Part shown: piece by piece, positions 47,074 to 57,316 of the stretch
Position numbering within the stretch: position 1 is the stretch's first letter
Layout: the number at the start of each line of letters is the position of its first letter
DNA from: Minisyncoccota bacterium
GTDB lineage: Bacteria; Patescibacteriota; Minisyncoccia; Phycocordibacterales; UBA9973
DNA length: 64,000 bases
Assembly (NCBI GenBank): GCA_018061035.1
Contig: JAGOUX010000003.1
Span: 3,043 to 67,042 of the forward strand
Reading direction: 5' to 3'
Position numbers and translations under genes: made by a program
The notes under the pieces: model-generated
Database searches by the model: none
Told to the model about the DNA's origin: nothing
The model's input: only the letters and a program-made list of their open reading frames with translations

Positions 47074-48222
47074 ATGAACGAAGATATATATCAGAAGTCA
47101 TTGGAGTTTCATCGAGAGCATCGTGGCAAGTTAGAGGTTGTGAGCAAAGTACCCCTTAATTCCAAAGAGGTGCTTTCTCTTGCATACACTCCTGGTGTAG
47201 CCGAAGTCTGTAGAGAAATTGCCCGTGATCCATCTCTGGCTCGTGAGTACACACTCAAAAGAAATACTATTGCAATTGTAAGCGATGGTTCTGCAATTTT
47301 AGGCTTGGGCAATCTCGGCGCCCTTGCTTCAATACCTGTAATGGAAGGTAAGGCTGCTATTTTTAAAGAGTTCGCTGGGGTAGATGCTTTTCCAATATGT
47401 CTCGATACTCAGGATAATGAAGAAATAATTAAAGCAGTGAAACAGCTGGCTCCGGTTTTCGGCGGTATCAACTTAGAAGACATTGCTGGACCAAGATGTT
47501 TTGAAATCGAGGAAAGACTACGAAAAGAACTTTCGATACCGGTGATGCACGATGATCAATGGGGTGCGGCCACTGTCACACTTGCTGGGTTAATAAACTC
47601 TCTAAAACTAGCAGGCAAGACCAAGGAAAATGTGAGAGTAGTACTAAGTGGCATTGGGGCAGCCGGAGTCGCTACTGCGAGGCTTATGCTGATCTACGGA
47701 ATAAAAAATATTGTCTACATAGACAGCAAGGGAATCATTCATGCGGACCGAGATGATCTGACCAAGGAGAAGGAAGAATTACTAGAGGGGAGCACGGCGA
47801 AGCCGGCAGCGGGATCACTTCTTGATGCTATGGTGGGCGCCGATGTATTTATCGGACTATCCAAACCGGGAGTGCTGACAGAAGAAATGGTTCGTTCTAT
47901 GAACGAGAAGCCGATAATTTTCGGCCTCGCTAATCCGACACCTGAAATAATGCCTGATGTTGCCAAGGTAGCCGGGGCTTTTATTGTAGCGACTGGAAGA
48001 AGCGATTTCCCAAATCAGCTCAACAATTCTCTTGTATTTCCTGGGGCGTTCAAAGGAATGCTGGAAGCGAATATCCCTCAATTCAAAATCGAGATGTTCA
48101 GTGCCATTGCACAAGCGCTCGCAGATTCTGTTACTGATATTTCAACAGAAAAAATTGTTCCAAGCATGTTCGACAAAAATGTTGTAACTCTGGTTTCTAA
48201 TACAATTCAGAAATTTAAATAA
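47074..48222 (+). CDS. NAD(P)-dependent malic enzyme
   Basis: 382 aa ([16 protein letters not shown]...[10 protein letters not shown] Rossmann motif). Confidence 0.88.
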   Translation: MNEDIYQKSLEFHREHRGKLEVVSKVPLNSKEVLSLAYTPGVAEVCREIARDPSLAREYTLKRNTIAIVSDGSAILGLGNLGALASIPVMEGKAAIFKEFAGVDAFPICLDTQDNEEIIKAVKQLAPVFGGINLEDIAGPRCFEIEERLRKELSIPVMHDDQWGAATVTLAGLINSLKLAGKTKENVRVVLSGIGAAGVATARLMLIYGIKNIVYIDSKGIIHADRDDLTKEKEELLEGSTAKPAAGSLLDAMVGADVFIGLSKPGVLTEEMVRSMNEKPIIFGLANPTPEIMPDVAKVAGAFIVATGRSDFPNQLNNSLVFPGAFKGMLEANIPQFKIEMFSAIAQALADSVTDISTEKIVPSMFDKNVVTLVSNTIQKFK

Positions 48223-48226
48223 ATTG

Positions 48227-48315
48227 CGGAGCCGGACGGATTCGAACCGTCGAGGGGTTTTAAAGCCCCTGCCTCTTTAGCAAAGAGGTACGTTAGACCA
48301 CTCTGACACGGCTCC
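48227..48315 (-). tRNA. tRNA-Ser (anticodon GCU), class II with long variable arm; D-stem irregular
   Basis: On the reverse complement: acceptor GGAGCCG/CGGCTCC, anticodon stem CCTCT/AGAGG with loop TTGCTAA, variable stem GGGG/CCCC, T-arm GACGG-TTCGAAT-CCGTC. Confidence 0.7.
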
Positions 48316-48385
48316 ATGCGTGTTCAATTACTCTAGCATATTCGTGCTTTTTTTCCATTTTTTGTGCTAAACTCCTTTTATGTTC

Positions 48386-48470
48386 GGAGGCGTGGATGAG
48401 TGGCTTAAATCAGCGGTTTACTAAACCGCCGTCCTTTACCGGACCGTGAGTTCGAATCTCACCGCCTCCG
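48386..48470 (+). tRNA. Class II tRNA (long variable arm) with apparent anticodon ACU (unusual A34). Identity uncertain: Ser-like or an atypical/suppressor tRNA.
   Basis: Acceptor GGAGGCG/CGCCTCC; D-stem GAT/ATC; anticodon stem GCGGT/ACCGC with loop TTACTAA; T-arm GTGAG-TTCGAAT-CTCAC. Confidence 0.55.
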
Positions 48471-48541
48471 CAATAAAAAGTTTTTATCGGTAGACTCAAG
48501 TACCTAAATATCTATATCTAAGCTAGAATTGATTTATCGCC

Positions 48542-49504
48542 ATGGAAAAAGATTTATTTCTACAAATCAAAGAAAAGTCTAATGAAATAGATTGGTCAAA
48601 AACAGATATCGCAAAACCTCTGCGGATTAATTTTCCTGTGCCCATTGCACACGCGCGTTATTCAAAAATTCAACAATACCCCCTTGTATTAACCCAACTC
48701 AGTAATTATCATTTTCTCGAGAATGATCTGATTATTTGTGACATAGAAATAAAAAAACATCTTACTGAGAAGATTGCAGATTTGCCGAATATACTTTTTC
48801 TTGAAGCAACTGAAGATAAGACAAAAATTCTATCAGGAGCAAGTACCTTACACGAATCAATGAAGGGAAAAGGTCATAAAAGAGTAGTCGGTATTGGCGG
48901 CGGGATTATCGCCAACATCTCTTCATATATAGCAGAAAAACTTGGAACTGACCTTGTGCATGTTCCCACAACCGTTCTTTCTATGTCTGATGCAAGTATC
49001 GGCGGCAAAGTTCGGATTAATGACATTACTGGGGATTTATTTATCAAGCACGCATATAAAGAATTCTACGAACCATCAGAAATAATTCTTGACCCTCTCT
49101 TTCTTACATACCTGAGCGATGAGCAGACCAGAATCGGACTTGCTGAAATTATTAAGCACGCACTCTATCAATCTCCATTGCTAGCTGAATATCTTTTATC
49201 AGATGAATTCCAGCCTTTTACCGACAAGATTAGTTTGCTTCGAGCAATATTGTGGACTGCCGACTTGAAACGAATTTGTCTTGAAGCTGACCCAGAAGAA
49301 ACTAAAGATGGATCATATAAAATTCTTCGAGCAGCACATGATATTTCAGACAAACTTGAAGAAAAAAGTGGATTTGCCTTGGCTCATGGCAAGGCAGTTG
49401 AAAAAGCCATGGTTGAAGATTTATATCCAGACAAAAGGAAATCAGAATTACTCGCCCGAATTTATCAGAAGCTTGGCATAGGATATACAACTGTATTTTC
49501 TTAA
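48542..49504 (+). CDS. 3-dehydroquinate-synthase-like / sugar-phosphate-cyclase superfamily protein (short, 320 aa)
   Basis: GIGGGIIANISSYIA glycine-rich NAD motif and VHVPTTVLSMSDASIGGKVRIN, matching the DHQS PTT...D..GGK..IN signature. Confidence 0.55.
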   Translation: MEKDLFLQIKEKSNEIDWSKTDIAKPLRINFPVPIAHARYSKIQQYPLVLTQLSNYHFLENDLIICDIEIKKHLTEKIADLPNILFLEATEDKTKILSGASTLHESMKGKGHKRVVGIGGGIIANISSYIAEKLGTDLVHVPTTVLSMSDASIGGKVRINDITGDLFIKHAYKEFYEPSEIILDPLFLTYLSDEQTRIGLAEIIKHALYQSPLLAEYLLSDEFQPFTDKISLLRAILWTADLKRICLEADPEETKDGSYKILRAAHDISDKLEEKSGFALAHGKAVEKAMVEDLYPDKRKSELLARIYQKLGIGYTTVFS

Positions 49505-49650
49505 CCTGACTCATCTGCATCCACGATAGCTCGAAAAAGTGCTGAAATACCTTTACACGGTCTACTCTCGCGGATACTTAACCCAAGTAGCCCGCATATT
49601 GAAAATCTTAACTCAAAGTCTTTATACTTAAATAGGTGTATAATTAATAT

Positions 49651-50049
49651 ATGAAAGGATTTCACCAAAATATAGAGGAAGAAACAAAGAGTAATGATAA
49701 TTTTAGAAAGGTCCTATATACAGGCAAGCATAGCCAGCTTGTGCTTATGGCTCTTTTGCCAGCACAGGATATCGGCCTCGAGACACACGAAGATAACGAT
49801 CAATTTTTCCGATTTGAAGAAGGAGAGGGCAAAGTTATAATCGATGAAGTTGAATATCTAGTAAAAGATGGAGATGCAGTAGTGGTGCCTGCGGGGTCTA
49901 AGCATAATGTAATTAATACTTCCAATGAAAAATCACTAAAGTTATATACATTGTATACCCCACCACATCACAAAGACGGTGTAGTCAGAAAGACCAAAGA
50001 AGAAGCTGAAGCAGATGCTCCTGAATGGAGCGGAGAGACCACAGAATAG
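49651..50049 (+). CDS. Cupin-domain protein
   Basis: 132 aa, with a cupin-like beta-barrel segment (VVVPAGSKHNVINTSNEKSLKLYTLYTPPHH). Confidence 0.5.
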   Translation: MKGFHQNIEEETKSNDNFRKVLYTGKHSQLVLMALLPAQDIGLETHEDNDQFFRFEEGEGKVIIDEVEYLVKDGDAVVVPAGSKHNVINTSNEKSLKLYTLYTPPHHKDGVVRKTKEEAEADAPEWSGETTE

Positions 50050-50228
50050 ATTTACACAGGATGTTGATAACTCAGTCTATACAAGTAGACAGAGGTTTGT
50101 GGTACAATATATTCGGTCGCGAATTTACAAGACCAACAAAAAATTATTTTATGCTAGGAGGACACTAATATGTTTGCAAGTTTATAAAAAGAGACAGCCC
50201 GATTATATTTGGCTGTCTCTTTTTATTT

Positions 50229-51455
50229 GTGTATGATGATACTATTATGGCCAATAAGACAATAGAACCAAAAAGAGAGAAGAGTTCCTGTGATTATTGC
50301 GGAGATGCTCCTATAAATCACGGCCTATTTTATTTTACTAGTCTGATTTCTATGCTAGTAGATAATCATGTGATCAAGGTTACAAAAAATGTCCCAGAAT
50401 ATTTTAAGAATTTAGTAGATCGTTTTATATATTTTACTTTTGATGTTTTTGTCTTTTTTAAAATGGCAGTATTGTCTGACGATATTTCTAAGACAAACAC
50501 TTTCCGATCGAGAGTGGTGTGGGAAGAAGCGCGTAGGAGGGGGATAGATATGAAGCAACTCGTCCTATTTGGAAAGCCGATAGATCAGTATCGAACCAAA
50601 TTGGGTAAACATTATGCCTATTTTAATAGTTTACCTATACCACCCAAATTATTGAATATGAAGCAAAATTGGGATGATAAATTCATTCTAAAAAATGAAC
50701 TTATAAAGAATGACATACCCATACCAAAGTATGTGCAGTTTCCAACTTTTTACCACGAAAGCTTGGACAAGATTTTTGCTAAGCTAGAAAAGCCTATAAT
50801 TGTAAAACCCAGAATCGGTTCACGTGGTAGACATACAGTCACAAATATTCGAACCTTGGGTCAATTTGAGAATGGGGTAAAAATAGCCGGCAAAATATGT
50901 TCCTATTTAGTTGCCGAAGAACATATCGAGGGCGATGTTTGTAGAGCCACTCTAATCAAAGGTAAGTTAATGGGATTTTATCGTGGAGCCTCCCCATTTG
51001 TGATTGGAGATGGTGTGAAGAGTGTTCGAGAGTTAATAAATGACAAGGACGCCAATCGACCAGATCGTGTTGAAAAAGTCTTGGTCAATGATGAATTAAT
51101 CAATTATATAAAAAGACTCGGTTATGAAATGGAGAGTGTGGTTCCGAGCGGATTACGCTTGGGGCTTTCACATCGCACAGGGAGGCTGTTTGGAGGAGAG
51201 ACCAAAGAAATGTTAGACGAGCTTCATCCTAGCTTCATACCTATTCTCGAAAAAGCTGCTGGGGTAGTCGAACTTGCTGTGGCGGGTTTTGATTGTATTG
51301 TGCCTGATCCTACCAAAGACGCAAATAGTCAAAAATGGGGAATCATCGAATGTAATACACTGCCATTTATCGATCTTCATTATTATGCACTCTATGGCAA
51401 GCCGAAAAATATAGCTGGCGCTGTGTGGGACATTTGGGAGGAATTTTCCCGTTAA
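50229..51455 (+). CDS. ATP-grasp domain protein (cyanophycin-synthetase/RimK/Ddl-like ligase fold)
   Basis: KPIIVKPRIGSRGRHTV is the ATP-grasp B-loop. Start codon uncertain. Confidence 0.55.
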   Translation: MYDDTIMANKTIEPKREKSSCDYCGDAPINHGLFYFTSLISMLVDNHVIKVTKNVPEYFKNLVDRFIYFTFDVFVFFKMAVLSDDISKTNTFRSRVVWEEARRRGIDMKQLVLFGKPIDQYRTKLGKHYAYFNSLPIPPKLLNMKQNWDDKFILKNELIKNDIPIPKYVQFPTFYHESLDKIFAKLEKPIIVKPRIGSRGRHTVTNIRTLGQFENGVKIAGKICSYLVAEEHIEGDVCRATLIKGKLMGFYRGASPFVIGDGVKSVRELINDKDANRPDRVEKVLVNDELINYIKRLGYEMESVVPSGLRLGLSHRTGRLFGGETKEMLDELHPSFIPILEKAAGVVELAVAGFDCIVPDPTKDANSQKWGIIECNTLPFIDLHYYALYGKPKNIAGAVWDIWEEFSR

Positions 51456-52135
51456 TGGGCAATAGTAAAAGCGACTACCTTTTTTGCTCCAGAAGCCTTG
51501 AGAACTTTGCGGGCTTCATTTAGTGTAGCACCGGTGGTCACCACGTCGTCTAAGAGAATTATATTTCTACCAAGTACAAGATTTTGATTTCGGACTGTGA
51601 ATGTCCCAGAAAGATTTTTTAATCGTGTTCCACGATCTTTAATCCTAGCTTGATGTACTGTGTCGTGTGGTTTGATTAGGATATCATTGCGAAATAAGAA
51701 GTTCTGATTATTGTCGAGGCTTGATATGTGTCTACACAAAATTTCTGTTTGATTGAACCCTCGCTCTCGCAACCTTTTTGAAGATAGGGGTATAGGTATG
51801 AGTATTGGGTTTTTAAAATTTTCCATTATATCGAGATCTGCTAATTCTTCTATAATTCTTCCATATAGCACATCCGCGTACATGGCTAGTATTCGTTTTT
51901 TGTATTTATATTTAATTAAATTTATACTCTTCTTAATGGTAAGATCACGATAGTCGAAAACCGGATATATCCAAGATTGAGTGGGGCGAAGAGCTGGACT
52001 ACATTTTGAAAGACAGGTTATGCAAAGTTCTGACCCGGCTTTACTGCAAGATACACAATAAACAGGGAATATTAGACCCAGAATCAATTCTTTTGCCTTC
52101 AGTAAAGATGTCATCAAATTAGCAACGATACTCAT
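51452..52135 (-). CDS. comFC: Competence protein ComFC (phosphoribosyltransferase family)
   Basis: N-terminal Cys cluster CVSCS...CITC and PRTase motif ILLDDVVTTGATL. Confidence 0.8.
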   Translation of the reverse strand: MSIVANLMTSLLKAKELILGLIFPVYCVSCSKAGSELCITCLSKCSPALRPTQSWIYPVFDYRDLTIKKSINLIKYKYKKRILAMYADVLYGRIIEELADLDIMENFKNPILIPIPLSSKRLRERGFNQTEILCRHISSLDNNQNFLFRNDILIKPHDTVHQARIKDRGTRLKNLSGTFTVRNQNLVLGRNIILLDDVVTTGATLNEARKVLKASGAKKVVAFTIAH

Positions 52136-52223
52136 ATGTTATTAGGTTACTTCTATACATATGTATTTCTAACAAGATACATATATGCTATAATTATTTA
52201 GTATTTTATCATATTTACCTGTT

Positions 52224-53351
52224 ATGAATAATCCATTTACGAAAATATTTTCAAGTTTTGGCACATTAGGTGGAGGGGACAACGATAGAGCCATCGGTAT
52301 TGATATAGGGTCTTCAGCTATAAAAGTAGTTGAGATCAAGAAAAAAGGCGGAAAGGCAGTCCTAGAAACTTACGGGTCTATTGCTCTCGGTCCTTATGCT
52401 GATTTGGACGTGGGACGAGTAACAAATCTCCCAGTAGAAAAAATTGCAGACGGCCTCAAAGAAGTGTTGAAGCAAGCAGGAGTCACGGGTTCTTCTGGGG
52501 CATTGGCTATACCAGTACAATCAAGCTTGATATTCATAATAGAATTACCAGCTCAAATCAAATCAAGTGATATGGGTAGTATTGTGCCGACCGAGGCGCG
52601 CAAATATATTCCTGTACCAATAACTGAAGTCTCACTAGATTATTTCATATTGCCCGACAAAGAACCTTCTTTTGAAGAGATGAATAATCCGGAGATGCAA
52701 TTGAAAAATGAAGACAAGATAAGAGTATTGGTTGTGGCCACTCAAAACGATGCAGTTTCGCGATATCGTTCTATTGCTTCGCAGGCAAATTTCGATGCTT
52801 CATTTTTTGAGATTGAAGTTTTTTCGTCTATTCGGTCAAATTTTGAGCACGAATTATCTCCTGTATTGCTTATCGATTTAGGGGCCTCACGCACCAAGCT
52901 TTCTATTGTGGAATTCGGCATGATCAAAAGTTACCACACCATCGATAGAGGAGGAGCAGATATTACAGAATCTATTTCCAAGTCACTAAACATTCCATTT
53001 TATGAAGCTGAAAAAATGAAAAAGGAATTCGGCTTATTTGAAAATACAAATGAGAGAACTCTCTCCGATATTATAAAAGTACACTTAGACTATATCTTTT
53101 CGGAGACCAATAATGTATTATTAAGTTACGAAAAGAAATATAATCGGACTATCAGCAAAGTCATACTCACTGGAGGCGGATCACTCATGAAAGGTTTTCG
53201 TGAAATGGCAGTAAGTAACTTCAAAGCAGAGATAGAACTCGGCCATCCGTTCGAAAAAGTTGGCGCTCCTGCATTTTTAGATAAAGTTTTAGAAGCAATG
53301 GGTCCCGAGTTCGCAGTTGCGCTTGGTTTAGCGTTGCGAAAATTACAATAA
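52224..53351 (+). CDS. pilM: Type IV pilus assembly protein PilM (actin-like ATPase)
   Basis: GIDIGSSAIKVVEI actin-fold motif. 375 aa. First gene of the pilMNO cluster. Confidence 0.8.
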   Translation: MNNPFTKIFSSFGTLGGGDNDRAIGIDIGSSAIKVVEIKKKGGKAVLETYGSIALGPYADLDVGRVTNLPVEKIADGLKEVLKQAGVTGSSGALAIPVQSSLIFIIELPAQIKSSDMGSIVPTEARKYIPVPITEVSLDYFILPDKEPSFEEMNNPEMQLKNEDKIRVLVVATQNDAVSRYRSIASQANFDASFFEIEVFSSIRSNFEHELSPVLLIDLGASRTKLSIVEFGMIKSYHTIDRGGADITESISKSLNIPFYEAEKMKKEFGLFENTNERTLSDIIKVHLDYIFSETNNVLLSYEKKYNRTISKVILTGGGSLMKGFREMAVSNFKAEIELGHPFEKVGAPAFLDKVLEAMGPEFAVALGLALRKLQ

Positions 53352-53383
53352 GTGCGATAATAAGGTAGAATAGAATAAAGAAG

Positions 53384-54016
53384 ATGGAACAAAATTTCCA
53401 AACATCATTTATCCCGAAAAAACCGATGATCGAAGAGCGAGCCCAAGCATCGCGACCGGTCGGTATTTTTATGGTGCTATCTTTGTTTGTACTTTTTACT
53501 GTACTTGTGGCTACTGGTGGAATATATTTCTACAAAACTTCATTACAGAAAAATGCAATACGAATGGAAGCCGATCTCAATGCAGCTCAAAATAGATTTG
53601 AACCATCAAAAATTATCCAACTCCAGACACTAGATCGAAGGCTAGTTGCATCTACTGATATTTTATCAAAGCACATCGCCATCTCGCCAGTATTTGATCT
53701 TCTCGAGAGCCTCACAATGAAAAGTGTGCGTTATACTAAATTTAGTTATGATTTTGCAGACGAGAAGGGATCCAAAGTTTTATTCAGATTGAGTGGCCAG
53801 GCGATAGGATATAGATCTGTGGCACTTCAGTCTGATATTTTCGCAAAAAATAAACAAATAATTGATCCAGTGTTTTCAAATCTAAATCTAGACAATAGCG
53901 GAAATGTTATATTCGATCTTGTTTTCACTGTTGATCCTACGCTCATAAACTACAAACAAGTTGTAAGTCCAAAAGAGGCAAATGCATCATTACCAGCTAA
54001 CGGAGATTTAAATTAA
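53384..54016 (+). CDS. pilN: PilN-like bitopic membrane protein
   Basis: N-terminal TM helix and periplasmic coiled coil, following pilM. Confidence 0.55.
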   Translation: MEQNFQTSFIPKKPMIEERAQASRPVGIFMVLSLFVLFTVLVATGGIYFYKTSLQKNAIRMEADLNAAQNRFEPSKIIQLQTLDRRLVASTDILSKHIAISPVFDLLESLTMKSVRYTKFSYDFADEKGSKVLFRLSGQAIGYRSVALQSDIFAKNKQIIDPVFSNLNLDNSGNVIFDLVFTVDPTLINYKQVVSPKEANASLPANGDLN

Positions 54017-54020
54017 TTTT

Positions 54021-54635
54021 ATGATGAGATTTATCATGCCCATCATCTTAATAGGAATTGCCGTGGTATTGGTACTAACTTTTACTAATCCATTGTATCA
54101 ATCTATCGGAGAACTTAAAATAAAAGTTTCTTCTTATGATGAAGCTCTCAGCAACTCTAAGGCATTAGAAATCGAAAGAGATAAATTGAGTGCAAAATAT
54201 AAAGCCATCAATCCTGAGAATTTAAGTAAGTTGGAAAAGCTTCTACCCGAAAACGTAGACAATATTCGTTTGATACTCGAGATTGAAAAGATAGCTAGTC
54301 CGTACGGCATGGCTCTCAAGGATGTAAAATATGATGATGAGATAAAAGATACTGGCACCAAAGCATCCACACCTAAAACAGCTCCGGTCGCACAAGGAGG
54401 ATCTGCTCCCGCAGAGAAGAAAGACTATGGAACTTGGAATTTAGAATTCTCAACTACTGCTACCTACGACAATTTCATCTCTTTTGTGCAGGACCTCGAA
54501 AGCAATTTAAGAATAGTTGATATTTCTTCTGTGGAATTTTCTTCAGTCGAATCAGGTTCTAGTAATTCCACTCAGAGTTCGACACCTGTGTACAAGTATG
54601 TTTTCAAAATTAAAACTTATTGGTTAAAGAATTAA
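54021..54635 (+). CDS. pilO: PilO-like bitopic membrane protein
   Basis: TM helix plus coiled-coil region, in pilMNO order. Confidence 0.5.
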   Translation: MMRFIMPIILIGIAVVLVLTFTNPLYQSIGELKIKVSSYDEALSNSKALEIERDKLSAKYKAINPENLSKLEKLLPENVDNIRLILEIEKIASPYGMALKDVKYDDEIKDTGTKASTPKTAPVAQGGSAPAEKKDYGTWNLEFSTTATYDNFISFVQDLESNLRIVDISSVEFSSVESGSSNSTQSSTPVYKYVFKIKTYWLKN

Positions 54636-54636
54636 T

Positions 54637-55101
54637 ATGTCATCAACAATCAAAAACGCAATAATATTTATATCTATCGGAGCTGCGCTTTTTTTGATAT
54701 ATATATTTTTTATAAAGAGTGATGAAGTAGCTCCAGTGGGTTTGGTTACTAGTCCATCATTAACAAATACTCCTGTTGCCGCTAATACTGGTCAAGTAGG
54801 AGGAGAATTCCTAAAATTGCTTCTTAGTGTTAAGAGTATCAAATTAAACGATTCTATTTTTTCAAATCCAGCATTTCTATCTTTATCTGATTCGAGTATC
54901 CTTTTAGTTCAGGATGGAAGTGAGGGTCGCGCCAATCCATTTGCTCCTCTTGGTGATGATAAAATCATAAACAAATCTGCACCAACATTAGAAACAATGG
55001 ACAATGCTCCTATTACTTTGCCTACAGTGTCTGATACTCCTGCTAATCCTCCATCAAATACAAAACCTAACACTACAGGAGGAAATAAGAAAACAAATTA
55101 A
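54637..55101 (+). CDS. Hypothetical membrane-anchored protein (PilP-like position)
   Basis: N-terminal TM helix and a Pro/Thr-rich C-terminus. Confidence 0.4.
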   Translation: MSSTIKNAIIFISIGAALFLIYIFFIKSDEVAPVGLVTSPSLTNTPVAANTGQVGGEFLKLLLSVKSIKLNDSIFSNPAFLSLSDSSILLVQDGSEGRANPFAPLGDDKIINKSAPTLETMDNAPITLPTVSDTPANPPSNTKPNTTGGNKKTN

Positions 55102-55104
55102 ATT

Positions 55105-56862
55105 ATGAGTTTTTTAGAAGAATTAGCAAAACAAGGAATAATCCAATCAGAGCAAATTGGTGAGATTAAAAATCGTGCCCTTGCAAAATATTCCGGAGAC
55201 GTAGATCAAGTCTTGATCGAGGCAGGCGTACCAGAGGATAAAATTCTCGAAGCCAAAGGCGCGTATCTTCAGATACCAGTTAGAAAGGTCAATGTTCAGG
55301 GTTTATCATTTGATGTACTGAAATATATTTCAGAAGATTCTGCTGCTCATTACCACTTTGCTCCGATAGAACTCAAAGAAGGCGTGCTCGAAGTAGGGGT
55401 GACCAATCCAGAAAATATTGAATCAATGGATGCCCTCCAATTCATATCTGCAAAATTGGGTATTCCTTTTAAGGTGTTTTTGATATCCAAAGCCGACTAT
55501 GAAGGCATAATGGACACATATAAAGGTATATTGAGCCAGGTGGAACAAGCACTAGATGATATCAAAAAAGACGAAGCAGAAGAAATTGGTGGAGCATTGA
55601 GTGAAGAAAATCTCAGCAAGGAAATTAAAAATATCAAACCCGGAGAAGAAGCAAAAATAGTCGAAGACGCACCTGTTATTAAGATAGTTGCGGTAATACT
55701 TAGAAATGCCATCGAAGGGGAAGCCTCTGATATTCATATTGAATTCACAGGAGAAAAAGTTAAAGTGCGTTTTAGAGTTGATGGCTCCTTGCACACCACA
55801 ATCGTCCTGCCACCCAATGTATATAGTGGCATTGTAGCTAGAATAAAAATTCTAGCCAAACTTCGCCTCGATGAGAAGAGAAAGCCACAAGACGGCTCAT
55901 TTAGTACTAAGATTGATGATCGCAAGATTGATTTTCGTGTTTCGACAATGCCTGCCTATTATGGCGAGAAGATAGTTATGCGTATACTCGACTCAGAAAA
56001 AGGAGTAAAACCTTTGGCTCAATTGGGACTTTCTGAGAGAAATTTGGGTTTAATCAAGGAGGCAATTGCGCGACCATTCGGACTAATTCTAATTACTGGT
56101 CCGACTGGTTCTGGAAAATCAACCACTCTATATTCAATGATGAATGAACTCGACAAAGAGAGAAGTAACATTGTCTCCCTCGAAGACCCAGTCGAGTATC
56201 ATATGCCAGATATCAACCAGTCTCAAATGATGCCAGAGATAGGATATACTTTTGCATCTGGACTCCGCTCAATTCTTAGACAAGACCCAGACATAATCAT
56301 GGTTGGAGAAATACGCGACAAGGAGACAGCTCAATTGGCTATTCAGGCTGCACTGACAGGACACTTGGTGCTTTCGACTCTGCACACCAACAATGCCATC
56401 GGCGCTATTCCTAGATTGATAGATATGGGTGTGGACCCTTATCTTATCGCTCCGACCCTGATCCTTTCTATGGCTCAGCGTCTAGCTCGCACTACTTGCG
56501 ACTCTTCTCGAAAAGCTGTGCCCATGGATCAAAGTATCAAAATGCAAATCGAGGACCAGATTAAAGATTTACCTGAGGCATTCAAAAAGGAATTTATGGC
56601 AAAAGACAAAGATCAGATGTTTGATACTGTGCCTTCTGCAGACTGTCCATCTGGAACTCGGGGAAGAATCGCTATCTGCGAGCTATTTAAGATAGATAAG
56701 GAAATGCAAAATGTTATTTTGAAGAATCCAGTAAGTGCCGAGATCTACAAAGTAGCTAGAGCAAAGGGTATGCTTATGATGAGAGAAGATGCTATGCTGA
56801 AAGCTCTAAATGGAGTAATACCGTATACAGAGGTCTTCAATTTCAGTAACGAAAATGAATAG
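55105..56862 (+). CDS. pilB: Type IV pilus assembly ATPase PilB (GspE family)
   Basis: Walker A GPTGSGKSTT, Asp box, His box, tetracysteine-like CxxC region. 585 aa. Confidence 0.9.
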   Translation: MSFLEELAKQGIIQSEQIGEIKNRALAKYSGDVDQVLIEAGVPEDKILEAKGAYLQIPVRKVNVQGLSFDVLKYISEDSAAHYHFAPIELKEGVLEVGVTNPENIESMDALQFISAKLGIPFKVFLISKADYEGIMDTYKGILSQVEQALDDIKKDEAEEIGGALSEENLSKEIKNIKPGEEAKIVEDAPVIKIVAVILRNAIEGEASDIHIEFTGEKVKVRFRVDGSLHTTIVLPPNVYSGIVARIKILAKLRLDEKRKPQDGSFSTKIDDRKIDFRVSTMPAYYGEKIVMRILDSEKGVKPLAQLGLSERNLGLIKEAIARPFGLILITGPTGSGKSTTLYSMMNELDKERSNIVSLEDPVEYHMPDINQSQMMPEIGYTFASGLRSILRQDPDIIMVGEIRDKETAQLAIQAALTGHLVLSTLHTNNAIGAIPRLIDMGVDPYLIAPTLILSMAQRLARTTCDSSRKAVPMDQSIKMQIEDQIKDLPEAFKKEFMAKDKDQMFDTVPSADCPSGTRGRIAICELFKIDKEMQNVILKNPVSAEIYKVARAKGMLMMREDAMLKALNGVIPYTEVFNFSNENE

Positions 56863-56913
56863 TTGTCCCCGAAATGACTATTATTGCATCTAATTTTGTA
56901 ATATAATTACTGT

Positions 56914-57315
56914 ATGGAAGGAGAAAAAAAGAAAATACTAATAGTGGATGATGATAATTTCCTCCTCGACATGTATGCGCTGAAATTCAGTCAAAATAAT
57001 TTTGAGGTGCACACTTCAGCATCAGGAGCGCAAGCAATAGAAAAGCTTCACGGTGGACTTTGCCCAAATGTAATTCTTATGGACATAATCATGCCTGAAA
57101 TGGATGGTTTTGAGATGCTCGAAAAGATCAACACAGAAAATCTTTGTCGTGACGTCACCAAGATCGTTCTTTCAAACAAAAGTGAACAATCTGATATAGA
57201 TCGTGGTAAGAGTTTGGGAGTGGCGGGATATATTGTGAAAGCAAATTCGACTCCAAGTGAAGTGATTACTCAAGTTATAAATATCTTAGAAACTAATAAT
57301 ACCCTTAGTCAATAA
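56914..57315 (+). CDS. Single-domain response regulator (CheY/PilH-like receiver)
   Basis: ILIVDDD...LMDIIMPEMDG receiver motifs with phospho-acceptor Asp. 133 aa. Confidence 0.8.
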   Translation: MEGEKKKILIVDDDNFLLDMYALKFSQNNFEVHTSASGAQAIEKLHGGLCPNVILMDIIMPEMDGFEMLEKINTENLCRDVTKIVLSNKSEQSDIDRGKSLGVAGYIVKANSTPSEVITQVINILETNNTLSQ

Positions 57316-57316
57316 T

